Positions 25,055 to 37,786 of a DNA stretch of 64,000 nucleotides are shown here, piece by piece. The notes under the pieces were generated by a model. It did no database searches, was not told where the DNA came from, and was given only the letters and a program-made list of their open reading frames with translations. The translations under genes and the position numbers were made by a program. Numbering within the stretch: the stretch's first letter is position 1; each line of letters starts with the position of its first letter. Source of the stretch: Octopus sinensis (lineage: Eukaryota); NCBI RefSeq assembly GCF_006345805.1, contig NC_042998.1, positions 110,608,001 to 110,672,000 of the forward strand, read 5' to 3'.

Positions 25055-26100
25055 AGTATATATTTTGTATTTTTGATTTTTGATTTTGATTTTGACTCTT
25101 GAGCGCTACGATGGATTTTGATTCTGTTTCCAAGCTGCGCGGATCTTAATCCGTATAGCAAAGTCTTATGTTTCTACATATATATTAGGAAAAACCTACA
25201 AACTTTGTTTTCATGTTATTGTATTGCATAGGATTACCTTGATTATTTATATTACCTTGATTATTTATAAATGGCCCAAAATAGGATGTTATATTTTATT
25301 TTATATGTCTTTCGTATATATTTTTATTAATGCACCCATTTTTAAAAGCAATGTTTTTTAAAAAAAAGCAATGTTGTCAAAATTAGAATGTTTATATAAG
25401 TATGTGTATAGCAAAGCATATGTATTTGTAACCATGCGTATCTGTGTATGTGTAAGTGAAAGTATGCTTGTGCTTAAGCACACATATACACGACGGTATG
25501 TATATGTATCCATTCAAACTTGTGTATGTATACTGGTCTCTATAGATGCCAATAACATCGTTACAAGTTTTTTCACCACCCCTCCTTCGTTCCTTTTTCT
25601 CTCTTTCCCTTTCTTTCGTTCCCCCTCCTTGCTCAGTATATGAGAATTGCTACATAGATGAATTTTAGCTTGCGTGCGAGACGGTTTGCGTGAATATATG
25701 TACACATGCTTTTATGTGTATATTTAGATTCATATTCATACGTCTGTATATGTATGTATGGCGTTTACGCGCATCCTTTTGTGTATGTTGATATATATAT
25801 ATGTAGATTTTAATATAAATATGTATTGCAGTATTTATAACAGGTTTAATTTCTATGCATTAATTTGCACTGTCTTCATTAACGTCAATAGGTTTTTTTC
25901 CTCGGTTTTTTCCTCGGATTTTATAATTTTTATAAGTTTTTTTATATATATATACATATATTTTTGACCTTTTTGTTTATCGCTCGAAGATTGACCGTTT
26001 TTTTCTAAAGGGCCAATCAAACAAGTCCATTTCTTTTTAAAGGTGTAGCGTTTGTAAGAGTATAGATTGAATTGATATATAAGTTCCATTCTAGCAAAAA

Positions 26101-26138
26101 CTGTCTGATGAACGGCAACGAGAAACTCAGAGTAACAG
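26101..26138 (+). ncRNA. Minimal type-I hammerhead ribozyme in 3-prime pLTR
   Basis: ctgt-CTGATGA-a-cg gcaa cg-a-GAAA-ctcagag-TA-acag. Stem I ctgt/acag (extendable caaaa/ttttg), stem II with GCAA loop, near-palindromic stem III ACTC-A-GAGT, cleavage triplet GUA 26132-26134. Confidence 0.88.
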
Positions 26139-26175
26139 ATTTTGTTGACTTTTCTGCTGCTTAAAATAAAGTATA

Positions 26176-26252
<77 letters not shown>

Positions 26253-26265
26253 GTGTGTGTGTGTG

Positions 26266-26527
26266 TGACCATAATTGAACACAAACAAATATGAAATATG
26301 AGTGTTTAGAGATAGTTCTTTGAGACACATTTTGTGCATGACTTTAATCTGCGGGGTTTTTTTTTTGCTTAACATTTATCCACTTATCAACTCTCTATGT
26401 GTGACTGATATCTCTACTTTTCCTATTTGGTGTCAAAATCGGCAGCGAAATACAAATAACGAGATTATTGTGTCAAAATCTATATATACATATATATATA
26501 TATGTATGTATGTGTGTGTGTGTGTGT

Positions 26528-26563
<36 letters not shown>

Positions 26564-27468
26564 CTATAAAGTATTATTATGTATGTATCATATATGATAT
26601 ATGTTTTGCCAACAACTTGCACATGCAAGTGCTAGCAGTCGAGAATTCCGCATACCGGAAACCAGTAAATGTATAGGATCATCAGGAGAGAATGCGTGAC
26701 GTTTCGGGGCGTACCTCTCGACGGCATCAATGCGCCCCGGTCTCCCCTCACTGATATGAGGCCCCATTTGCTAGATCAACTTAGTTATCAAATAGGGCTC
26801 AATATTCTTCTAGCCATCGCTCATCGTTTGTTTTTAAACAAATCCAGTCGCTAGCCTTTTCCACTGTAGTTTGGATATCGGTCATGGTGGTATTTACTTT
26901 ACGATGAGCTAGTGTTATTTAATTTGTGAACAGTTTTGCTGTCGTTTGTTTATGAAGTTTGATTTCTTTATCCATCAGTTGCTCTATCAATAATAGAGGA
27001 ACGAAAATAAAACTTTGGAAACAGCCTAAAGGGAGATAATTGAGAAAGACTTGAATTCAACGTAAGATCGTAATCATGTAAAATAAATATGACAAATAAT
27101 CCAGAATCCTTGTCCAGTACAAGATCGATCTCAAAATATAATCAGTTAGTGCCAGTCACGAGGCCAAACAGCCTTGAAAGTTTCATCCGAATCCACACAC
27201 ACACACACATATATATAGATAGATAGATGTTGACACCATAATCTCGTTATTTGTATTTCACTGCCGATTTTGACACCAAATATGAAAAGTAGAGATATCA
27301 GTCACACACAGAGAGTTGATAAGTGGATAAATGTAAAGCAAAAAAAAAAAAAACCAAAAAAAAAAACCCACAGATTAAAGTTATGCACAAAATGTGTCTC
27401 AAAGTACTATCTCTAAACACTGAATTACAACTTAGCATTTCATATTTGTTTGTGCTCAATTATGGTCA
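26266..27468. repeat. Inverted repeat pair (26266-26483 / 27223-27468) with a spacer of about 740 bp
   Basis: Arms are about 90% reverse-complementary (tgaccataattga.cacaaacaaatatgaaat...gagattat.gtgtcaa.atctat); the adjacent (TG)n/(CA)n tracts are also inverted. Confidence 0.85.
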
Positions 27469-28793
27469 TGAGTGCCTGTTTGATTTCATCTAAATCTATT
27501 TTAGAAACAATGTTCCAAGATAATAGGTATTACTGATAATATATGCGCTTATTTAATAAAACTCACAATAAAAATTATTTTAAATATATTTGAAACGAGC
27601 GAAAGAGAATAGAACAATATCCAATTTACTTTGCGCGTATGGCGTAATGTGATTTTAATTTTATTTTTTCATCTCTTAGAAACTCGAAGGCAGATGCAAA
27701 TGAGGAAGAAAGGAACCATCGAACCGGAAACTTTGCTCGGATGTTTGCAGGCAAACAGTAGAGGAGTCTGAGGTTATCGTGATGTTATATTGGGCGATAG
27801 ATTATATCTACCACCCCGTCTGTGTCAATGCACGATTTAAGCAAAGAATGTAAAGTGCCAGAAGAAACTGCGTAAGACGTCTCATCTAACGCGCGAACGT
27901 TTTGTGCAGTTCGTTACTCTGCATATTATTTGTCCACTCTAGAAAGATCAAAGCTATAGTAAATCTTGAAGGGATTTCAACACAGAGTGAAAAGTGTCAC
28001 ACGTGATACGTAACATATTTCTTCCGACGTTCTAATGGCGCTGTCATATGTGTGCGTGTGAAGAATATATGAAGATATGAAATTTACGATTGTGAATGTT
28101 AAGAAAACCCTAATAGTTTATATATTCTTATTCAACACATACATACATACACACATACATAGATACAAATATACATACATACATACATACACACATTCAT
28201 AGATACAAACATAGATACATACATAGATACATACATAATACATGCATACATACATACACGGTGGAAGTCAAACTCGACTGCGTAAGTCTACTTTATATAC
28301 TCAGTAAATCCGCGCAGACTCTCCGACAACCCAAGGGTCTCCTGTGTATGAATTAGATGTGAGTGGATAAATTGTTTCATAGCATTAAACCCATTTTCAG
28401 CGCAATCAGCTATAAAACTAATGTCGCAACAGAAGTTGAGATGAGCAGAAACCAAACCGCATTACAGGTTTCATTTATATGAGTTTACGTTCTCCTACAA
28501 GGAAGTTCGAATAAGAACCAGGGGACCTTAATTTCCCATGCTCCACGTGATAATTAACCCACAGCTGAGACCCTAACAGGTACTACTACTCCGGGTCAGA
28601 GCGGAGCTGGGAACAATAGTGGTTAAAAGATAGTTGTACACTCCTCAAAAACCTGGAACAACAAGATGCAGTTCAAAGCTATGCGCAAGACATACAAATT
28701 GGATTACATATATACTCTTATACAATCACACTTACACACACTCACACACATACAAAGAGACAGAGAGTGAAACATTAACAGTTGATATATATA

Positions 28794-29650
28794 CAGGGTG
28801 GGGAAGCAACATTTGGAATATTTTGGAAGCTTTATTTGTCATATATTCCTGAGCCTGGATACTAAAATATTGTTTTCTATTTCAGGGTGGAGGTATATAG
28901 AGTTAGTTTAAGCAGAAGTTTCTGTCACACTATCTAGCATGTCCACTTAAGAAGCCAAGAGACACCACATTGCAGATTTGCTTCAGGCCGGGGTTGCAAT
29001 TAGACGTATTGCTGAGACTGTCAGGAGCTCTGAGAGCACTGTCTACAACATTAAGAACCGAATGCTGGATATGGGAGGCATTCAGAGAAAGTAAGAAAGT
29101 GGAAGCATAAATAAAAACAAGATACTGCATTTCTTAAATCCCTCAGATCCAAATTTTCGAAAGACCCAACGATATCCATGAGAAAACTGGCCGTGGATAT
29201 GAAGGTGGATCCAAAGTCCATCAGAAATGCTGTACACACTGATTTACAGTCGGGGGTCATATGTGAGGACACGGAGACACCTATTGCTCTATGCAATGAA
29301 AGCCAGAAGGTATGAGAGGGCCAAAAAAGTGTTGTGATAATTGAAGCAAAATGGACAAACCGTCAAGATCTTTTCAGATGATACAGTGCTAAGTCACTTT
29401 CTGAAGTAAATGGCGTCTGTAGGATCAAGCACCCAGCTCAAATGGTACTCGGAGTCGTGGTGTCTAACGGAAAGAAGATGCCTCTCTCTTTTTTCAAGTC
29501 TGGGAAAAAAGTGGGGGCTGAACTTTATTATATGTGGACCCAAGATTATGTGTGGACCCGAGATGGTGCTTCTGCTCATACCACAACTTTGCTGACTTTT
29601 GACGTGCGAAAATCTGCCTGTCTTCCAGTCAAGACTTGAACCCACTGAAC
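28794..29650 (+). mobile_element. Degenerate DD37D/maT-like mariner transposon, right end missing
   Basis: TA-CAGGGTGGGG TIR-like start; KRHHIADLLQAG, DPTISMRKLA, KIFSDD, KHPAQ.MVLGVV, DGASAHT, SQDLNP. Confidence 0.8.
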
Positions 29651-29680
29651 AAATGATTGGTTGAAACATATCTAAGTTTA

Positions 29681-29763
<83 letters not shown>

Positions 29764-30080
29764 AATATACTAAATATGACATTACTAGAAATAAGAGCTA
29801 AAACGCCTTAATGAGGCAGGTAAAGCACATAATTGTATACATATACAGACGAGGACTGTAATCGTCCGAAAACATCGGTCGAGAATTCCCTACACTGATA
29901 GGCGAATTTCGGCTAATTCTGTAGACTCATCAGTAGCTACTAACATCTAACCCACGTAGGGCAGGTAGATCCAGCCGCAACTGCCGATCTGGGACCGAAT
30001 TCCCGCTGGAAGACCACTGCAGAAGATTTAACGATGTGTAAAAGTGCACTGTCCACAAAACCCTGTACAATTCTGCTAGC

Positions 30081-30352
30081 TATTACATGAGGTCTACAAT
30101 TAATTTTAAGCAGAGATATTCCGCAACTATGAATTCATTTGGTATGAGGAGCATAACAAATTCACTTCCGTAGCCAACCACATGCACCACCTGATAAATA
30201 AGAAAATACCATATAGAATAAACTGGGCCCTAATTGATTCTGGTATCACATACCAAGGTCAGCGCTTTGCATATGGACTCTGCCTTAAGGAAGCCCTCCA
30301 AATATTAATTCATGATTCACCATAATTACTCAATAGACAGCATGTAACATAA
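30081..30352 (+). pseudogene. Degenerate PLE GIY-YIG C-terminus of the same subtype as the 711-aa ORF
   Basis: YYMRSTINFKQRYSATMNSF / TSVANHMHHL...INWALIDS...GLCLKEALQIL...LLNRQ (one frameshift, one stop). Confidence 0.72.
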
Positions 30353-31269
30353 ATTCTACCGTACCTTTAGATTCTTCCACAAGTCCAAATGTAAGTAAAA
30401 TCAACACACATGACACCTGCCTCTCTACATTCACAGTCGTAACAATATACGTACGTAGTTCATTCAATTATTGTTACCTTTTACCTCAACATATATTTCT
30501 TGAAGTAGGCAATCTGCACCAATCTTTTTAATTGTTATTTTTGAATTTAGAATTTTAACTTTCTATTTCAAATATATTCCTTCTCCTAAAAGTTAGGCAT
30601 TCATTTCTAGCATTTTAGCTCTATTTGCCGACCACATAACTAAAGTTAATTATATTTTCTGACCACGCTGAACCAAGAATTCATCTCTCTGCTTGATAAC
30701 TCTTTAATAACCATAAATGTTGTCTGCCTTCCTCCTCTGTTTTATCAAAGCCTTACCCTCTGATCTTTCACCCGAACCTATCCTGACGAAGAATAATACC
30801 GGCCTTTTACATATTATGTGTATTTTTATTTTACTTTCGCTCTCATATATTTTATTATTTCCGTTACTTATCCTCTTTAGCCTCCTTACATTTCTTATTT
30901 TCATTTCTACTATTCCCCCTTTCTTTTTCTCTTCTCTTCACTCGCTCACCCCCTCTCTCTGATCTATTTGTCTATCATGACGCCTTGGTCTACCTCTCTC
31001 ACATGATGTACCCATGCGGATCATTTTTCTTGTACACTAACTACTTGATCTATTCCTTCAATCTGAATGCATCATTCAAATTACTGTCTGGATTTACCTG
31101 GGTTTATACATAAGGGGCTATACCACCCAGAGACATACGCAGTAACTTCCACACCCTCCGGAACAACATAAACTATATTTTATCCTTCTATCTTTATTCT
31201 TCTCTCTGCTGATTTATTCCTCAATAGATTGTGAATTCTCTATCTGGGACTTTCCTGCATACACATCTT

Positions 31270-31345
31270 GACTTCGATGACGGAATATCCAGTGCATAGG
31301 GGTGTTAACCCATTAGCTGGCATATCACAGAAACAGTTATAAGAC
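31270..31345 (+). ncRNA. Degenerate long-stem-II hammerhead motif downstream of the 30-kb PLE relic
   Basis: gact-TCGATGA...atatccag...ctggcatat..ca-GAAA-cagtta-TA-agac. Confidence 0.45.
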
Positions 31346-31426
31346 ATTAATTATTTCTACTTCTCCTTTCTTTGATTCATCTTGTTTTTCTTTTCCTTTT
31401 CCTTTAATATATATAAATATTTAAAA

Positions 31427-31458
<32 letters not shown>

Positions 31459-31712
31459 ACAAATGCAAGACAGAAGATGGAATATACGAGAATATATATT
31501 ATTAATCACAACAATTGTTTCGACACATCAAGCATAGACTTCTCTTGTGGGACATACAAAAACTGGATCAGGAGTATCCTGGTGCAGACGTATCTCGTCG
31601 GGTGGTGCATAGCTACATTTATATAAATATATATATATATTTATAATCATAATAATATTAGGGTGTAAATCCAAACTTACAGGGAAAAAATAGATTTAGG
31701 ATTATATATTAA

Positions 31713-32305
31713 ATATATATATTAAATTAGAGATAAAACCACTATTAGGCAAATCAAGCAGTGAAAAACATAAACCAATACATAGAAATAAAATTAATTA
31801 ATATAATATACAAAATATATAAAATATAAAATTCAAAATTTAAATTATTTAAATTTAAAGTTAAAATTTTTAAAATATCTAAATTATTAATTTATACTTA
31901 TAAATTTAAATATATATATATATATATAATTTTATTTCATTTTTTTATGAATATAACTATCAAAAAGTATTAAAAAGTTTAATATAAGATAAGATAAGGG
32001 GTTATCTTATATTAAATTTTTTAATACTTTTTGATAGTTATATTTATTAAAAAAAATAAAAATAAAAATAAAAATAAAATTATATATATATATGTATATA
32101 TATATATATAATTAATAATTTAAATAAATAAGTATAAATTAATAATTTAAATAATTTTTTTAATTTTAACTTCAATTTAAATAATTTAAATTTTGAATTT
32201 TATATTTTATATATTTTGTATATTATATTAATTAATTTTATTTCTATGTATTGGTTTATGTTTTTCACTGTTTGATTTGCCTAATAGTAGTTTTATCTCT
32301 AAATT

Positions 32306-32312
<7 letters not shown>
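31713..32312. repeat. AT-rich fold-back palindrome of about 600 bp
   Basis: Arms 31713-31992 and 32002-32312 are reverse-complementary around a 9-nt loop (gataagggg). Confidence 0.9.
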
Positions 32313-32382
<70 letters not shown>

Positions 32383-33762
32383 GCATATACATAAACACAC
32401 CCCTTTAAAAGCCGACGTGCAAAGTAATACGTTACATATTATATCGTATTTTTGTTTGTACCTCTGAAGGATTCTTGGGGAACTGCCATATCCGAACTGC
32501 TTATAATTACACCGAACAATGATAGTATATTTCTTGTAGCTATTTCACTGATTTCAGGATTTATTCTGTTATCTTAATTCCGGATTAGTTTTTTATTTTC
32601 CTATTTCTTATCGAAATGTATAAATGGTAAGTTATTTTTTCTAGAATATCTGTAAAGGTTTCTTTTATTTCTTTCTCTTTCATGTTTGTCGTATTTTTTA
32701 AGAGTAAAGTGCGATCCCAATCGCTGATTCGGACACAATAGTAGCACTATAAAATAGCGTTATAAATATTCCCAAAATATACATCAATAACAGTTAATTT
32801 CATTTTTGTAATCATTTGTATAACGTTAAGCTTTACATAAAACTCTTGTGATTTATTTGAGGTACTCAGTTCGCTTCCAGGAAACGAATAATAATTTTTA
32901 TGGCTATATGTAAAGCTTTCGCCTGTAAAGTGTTAACAAGCGTCATCAATTTATGAAATCTATTGAAATCGGTTTCTGAAGGAGATTCGTTATTGTAATT
33001 ATATCTAGCACTAATAAATTTGCATTTATTGAAAGCAGTTTGGTTTTGGTTTAAATTCTGTATGTGCTTCCACACGTGCAGCAATATAAATTGTTTTTAC
33101 AGTTATTGCTTTTACAGTTAAACTTGTTATACTACCATCGCTCAAGACTAATAATTAATCTCAATTGCGGTGAACTGAATAAATAAATCTGCAATTGGAG
33201 TTTATAAAGTTTAGCAGTACACAATATGTTTTTTATGAACTGTTATTTTACCTCGTCATCAGTATGAGCTATAATTTGTCAATTAAATATCAAAGAATAT
33301 ATTACGAAACACAGAATCCAAAGCATCAGAAATATCATATTAACAAATAACTGGATATACGCTATTAATTTTACCAAACATTGTTTCACATCGACTATAC
33401 ACGTCTTAATACCACGACAGTGATATTCTATTTGTCGCTATGATGAGCGCAGCACACAACTTCATCAGCTGGACTGCCCTAAACGGACAAATGTAGATAA
33501 ATACCCGAGGTGAGATAATGTCTTCTTTAACTCAATATTATTTAGCTGTTATGTAACATAGCTAACATTGGTAAAGTTCTCCAAGATATTACACTTCAAT
33601 GAATTATCTTTAACAGTGTTATGCTCACATCACAGTTTAGGTAGATCTGGCAACTTTTGTAAAATAATTTTCAGTAATATTTGCACATTAAGTTATTCGA
33701 AGCTCTTCGATCCAGGCACTAATGCGTCCCTGTTAATACTAGTAAGACCACCTTCCTTTCAG

Positions 33763-33846
33763 CTGTCATATCCTCGTTGTTCTACTGGATCGGAGGTGTG
33801 TGGGACATATGGATACCCGTGTCCACTCACGAAAAAACTTACGAGA
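33763..33846 (+). CDS. Candidate 84-bp host-gene exon
   Basis: ccttcctttcAG acceptor, GTAAGT donor, length a multiple of 3, all frames open (LSYPRCSTGSEVCGTYGYPCPL or VISSLFYWIGGVWDIWIP). Confidence 0.4.
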
Positions 33847-35666
33847 GTAAGTTTTATTTTACCAAAGGTTAGTTATTAGTGCTTTAGAGCTTGACGTATT
33901 TGACTTTTCTTTTAGTCTGATTAGTTGCTTTACAAGCATCATACCAAGCTTTTTCATTAGTGAATTATTATAGATGTGTATAATACTAGTTCTCAAGAAC
34001 ACACTTTTATATAAAAGATACAACTCCCCGGTATAAATTGGCGCCTATTTGTAAAATGTTTGAAAATTGCTAGCCAGGAACATTTTTTCTCGTTTAAGAC
34101 TATTAGAATTTAGTACCATATTTGAAGGAAATCATTAATATAAAATACTGAAAAACATTCTGGCAGAATTGTTGCATCTGTCGAAGTTCTTTTTCGCAGA
34201 CTGAAGTAGGTGAGATAAAGTAATGCGTAAGACCTCTTTCAGAAACTTCGATATTTCTGAAAGAATAGTAGGAACTTACTCAACCGCTGCAAACAAAATA
34301 GAGTATTCTACATGAAAACTAAGAGCCAGATAATATTGTTAAGCCTGAAGATGGTACAAATTAAGACAATTTTGAATGGTTCCCGGATAGTATCTGTCTT
34401 CCTAATGTCTATAAAATTCATAGGTTGACCGAAGACTACGGGAGAATATAATTGCACTAAGGAGCACATTGTGTGTTCAAACAGGAAGCAAGAAAGAAGT
34501 GAATTTCCTAAATATATCTCTACGAATACCTGTAGTCAGAACTGATCATTTTATGTAAACGTAAAGTAATAAGTGTTAAAGAAAGTTCTAAATTTGTATC
34601 TCAGAACAGTTTATAACTTGAGTGATAAAAAATTTAATGTATATTGCATTGCATTGCATATTGTTTTGTAGTTCGCTCATTCATTTACTTTCTTTTTCGA
34701 TTTTGCAAGATATAATAGTCACTAGTAATTTAGAATGATGTATTTAAAAGAAAACAGAAGTTTCAATAAAGACCTGTCAAGAAATGTACAGCATGCATTT
34801 AACAATCGAATACCACGTTATATTATTAGTGCCATATTCTTGATTCATCTTCTGAAATGTGTCAAATATTATCGTAGCATACATATAATTTTCAACATCG
34901 CTAATCACATTAAATTTTAATCTTTGATCATACATTATCCAAATTAGTAATATTTTCTGCTTGTTGAATAAATTTAATCTTCACATAAATAACAATATGA
35001 GAGGGTCAGATAATAATTAATATCTTAATCCGTTTTTGATGTCATAAATCATAATCATTCCCTGTAATTTACAATAAATTTCACTAATCCTAATATTATT
35101 TGTAGCACTTATCCACATATCTAGCGCTAGATATGGAGAAATCCGGTTGACCATTTCTATCCTTAATTGGCAGAGTTGACTGTCGCCTGATATATATATA
35201 TATAATATCATTGGCGGAGAGCAGTGTTTAAGTAAGAGCAGAAAATAGGTTAGTTGAAATTTGTTTGTCACATATTTCAACTGCTAAAATACTAAAAGGC
35301 AAATATACTGCAGTTACCGTGGAGAAAAATCTCTCTTATGGTAAATCTCATGTTATTTACCTTGATCAGATGATGTACTAGCGCAAATCCGTTAGCCTGT
35401 TGAATGAATTATATATAAAGCTACAGCTTTTTTAAGTTCGTTCAGAGTTGCCTCTCTTAGGTACATCTCATTGACAAGAGGAAAAGAACTCGAATCATCG
35501 ATGTCTGAGATGCCTGACAGATGGCGACACTGAAGGAACTGGGTATTTTCACACCTATTTACCACAAGAGAGATTTTTCTTCACGGTGTCTGCAGTGTAT
35601 CTACTTTTTAGCCGTTGAAATACGTCACAAACATATTTCAACTAACCCAAATTCTGCATATATATA

Positions 35667-36062
35667 TACTCTTTTACTCTTTTACTTGTTTCAGTCTTTT
35701 GACTGCGGCCATGCTGGAGCACCGCCTTTAGTCGAGCAAATCGGCCTCGGGACTTATTCTTTGTAAGCCCAGTACTTATTCTATCGGTCTCTTTTGCCGA
35801 ACCGCAAAGTGACGGGGACGTAAACACACCAGCATCGGTTGTCAAGCAATGCTAGGGAGACAAACACAGACACACAAACATATACACACACACTTATATA
35901 TATATACATATATACGACGGGCTTCTTTCAGTTTCCGTCTACCAAATCCACTCACAAGGCATTGGTCGGCCCGGGGCTATAGCAGAAGACACTTGCCCAA
36001 GATGCCACGCAGTGGGACTGAACCCGGAACCATGTGGTTGGTTAGCAAGCTACTTACCACAC
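35667..36062 (-). mobile_element. tRNA-derived SINE, family 1 (well preserved; resembles octopus OK/OR-type SINEs)
   Basis: Minus head gtgtggtaagtagcttgct...ggttcagtcccactgcg (A/B-box-like), internal microsatellite, (AAAAG)n-like tail. Confidence 0.88.
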
Positions 36063-36096
<34 letters not shown>

Positions 36097-36129
36097 ATAT
36101 ATATATGTATGTATATGTATATGTACATC

Positions 36130-36210
<81 letters not shown>

Positions 36211-36540
36211 AATTAGTAAATAAATGGCACAACTAAGTACCGATATTTACTGGAAATAGCGAACGTAAAAATACGACGCTAATGTGTAGCTTCACCGCGT
36301 ATGTATTAGCAAAAATGCGTGTGTGCAACAAAATAGAGAAAAAAAACCGTCTTACCTCCAGGGAGAACATCTGAAAGATGAAACACCCGGAAAATGGATA
36401 ATGTGGTACCTGCAGGTTTCAGGTTTTGCAAGATATGTCTCTCACTCATATTTTGCTTTACCTCCTCAGCCAAACATATACCAAGACGAATTCTACGATG
36501 TTACCACATTAATACTAACACACTCGACTGAAATACGGAA

Positions 36541-37786
36541 CAGACATGCAGGAAGTAAATAGACACTGTTAATTTTCAAAATCTTTTATTTAATACGCAA
36601 AGCGAACAATAGAAAAGTAATCGATAGGTGGGACTATATACTTTAGTATTTAGTTGACATTCCCTTTGCAGTTTTTAATTCAGAAACTCTTTTTGGCATT
36701 GAACTGATGAGCTTTGTTATTGTCTCTTGTAGTATTGCTGCCTACTTTTCACGCAAAAATCGAAACAATTCATCTTTAGATTTAGGTTTCTGTCGAGTGT
36801 TTCGTATAGCTCTATCTAGTATGCTCCAAAGAGTTTCAATTGGGTTCATATCAGGTGACTGGCTCGGCCAAGGAAGCTTTTTGATCCCATTTTCAGTCAG
36901 CCATTGTTGAGCCCCATCTTCAATGAAAAGAAACTCATTTTTCGTGATGTTATCATGTGAATACATTGGAAGTAGTCCTTACTTAAGTACTTCGATGTAT
37001 TTTTCAGAGTTTATGTTTCCAGCACATTCGATCAGCTCAGAACCACCATCGTTGGTGACAGTTCCTCTAGCCATTACATAGATACCTCCATATTTCACAG
37101 TTGGTTGGAGTCGTTTTAAATCAAATTCTTGATTGGGAAGCCTCCGGACCCAAACACGTCCACTGTCTGAAAATAATGCAAATCTAGAATCATTTGAGAA
37201 AATCACTCTATCCCAAAATAAACTGGATTTTCTGACATCACCTTAGCCCATTTCTTTCCTTTCATGATATTAATTGGTTGAAGGAGAGTTATTTTCTTCT
37301 AGTAGGTCGTCCATAATACCCAAGCTTATGCATATATGTAACACACGTTCTTGGACTAACTTCTGCTTTGCTATGTCAGAAGCCTTCGAACGGGATTCGT
37401 TTTTCAAAATTGTCTTCAAACAGTGAAGCTTCCTTTCCGAGGGCCCAGGTCAGCCGGGACGAGAATCTGTTGATTCTTTTCATTGGCTTTTGAATTGCAC
37501 TATAATCCTATTAACAGGATCAAGATGAATTTGAATATTTTCGGCAATTTTTCGTTGGCTAAGACCAGACTTAGATTGCCCAACAACACGACCTCTTTGA
37601 AACTCTGACAGTTCTGCTGAATTTTTTGTACGTGGCATGTTTACTCTTCGCAAATGTTTAATATAATGGCACCTGGAATGTAAAAGAATAATTACATTGT
37701 AAATTCTAAACCGCTGAAAGCATATTAAGACGCTTAGATAAGAAATTTTGAAAATTAAAGGTGTCTATTTACTTCCAGCTTGTCTG
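36541..37786 (-). mobile_element. Near-complete Tc1 (DD34E-type) transposon with degenerate transposase 37638-36643
   Basis: TIRs of about 50 bp (cagaca.gc.ggaagtaaatagacac...aattttcaaaat); MPRTKNSAELSEFQRGRVVG, IFSNDSRF, LQPTVKYGG, EDGA, WPSQSPDMNPIETLW, GMSTKY*. Confidence 0.93.

Larger units (their letters stand above)
22258..26171 (+). mobile_element. Full-length Penelope-like retroelement with inverted pseudo-LTRs
   Basis: 22330-22791 is the reverse complement of 25706-26171 (about 99%: 2 substitutions plus homopolymer/(TA) slips). 22258-22319 is the perfect reverse complement of 22791-22852. TATATATTTATATA occurs at 22245-22258 and 26172-26185 (candidate TSD). Confidence 0.92.

Noticed and set aside
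25055-25705. SECIS/selenoprotein possibility for the PLE (known for some Naiad PLEs)
   Set aside because: The ORF has no in-frame TGA and the endonuclease is C-terminal; no SECIS-like hairpin recognised
27680-27870. Strong acceptor and GTAAGA donor pair
   Set aside because: All three frames contain stops; at most a non-coding exon, unsupported
33375-33465. Minus-strand CTGATGA about 72 nt upstream of GAAACAATGTT
   Set aside because: The intervening sequence does not form a credible stem II
34202-34211. 10-nt segment between tttttcgcAG and GTGAGA (micro-exon-like)
   Set aside because: Too short to distinguish from chance without transcript data
35667-36062. tRNA gene or CRISPR-like interpretation of SINE heads and short repeats
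   Set aside because: The tRNA-like head lacks a full cloverleaf and is part of a multi-copy SINE; no regularly spaced repeat-spacer array exists in the window
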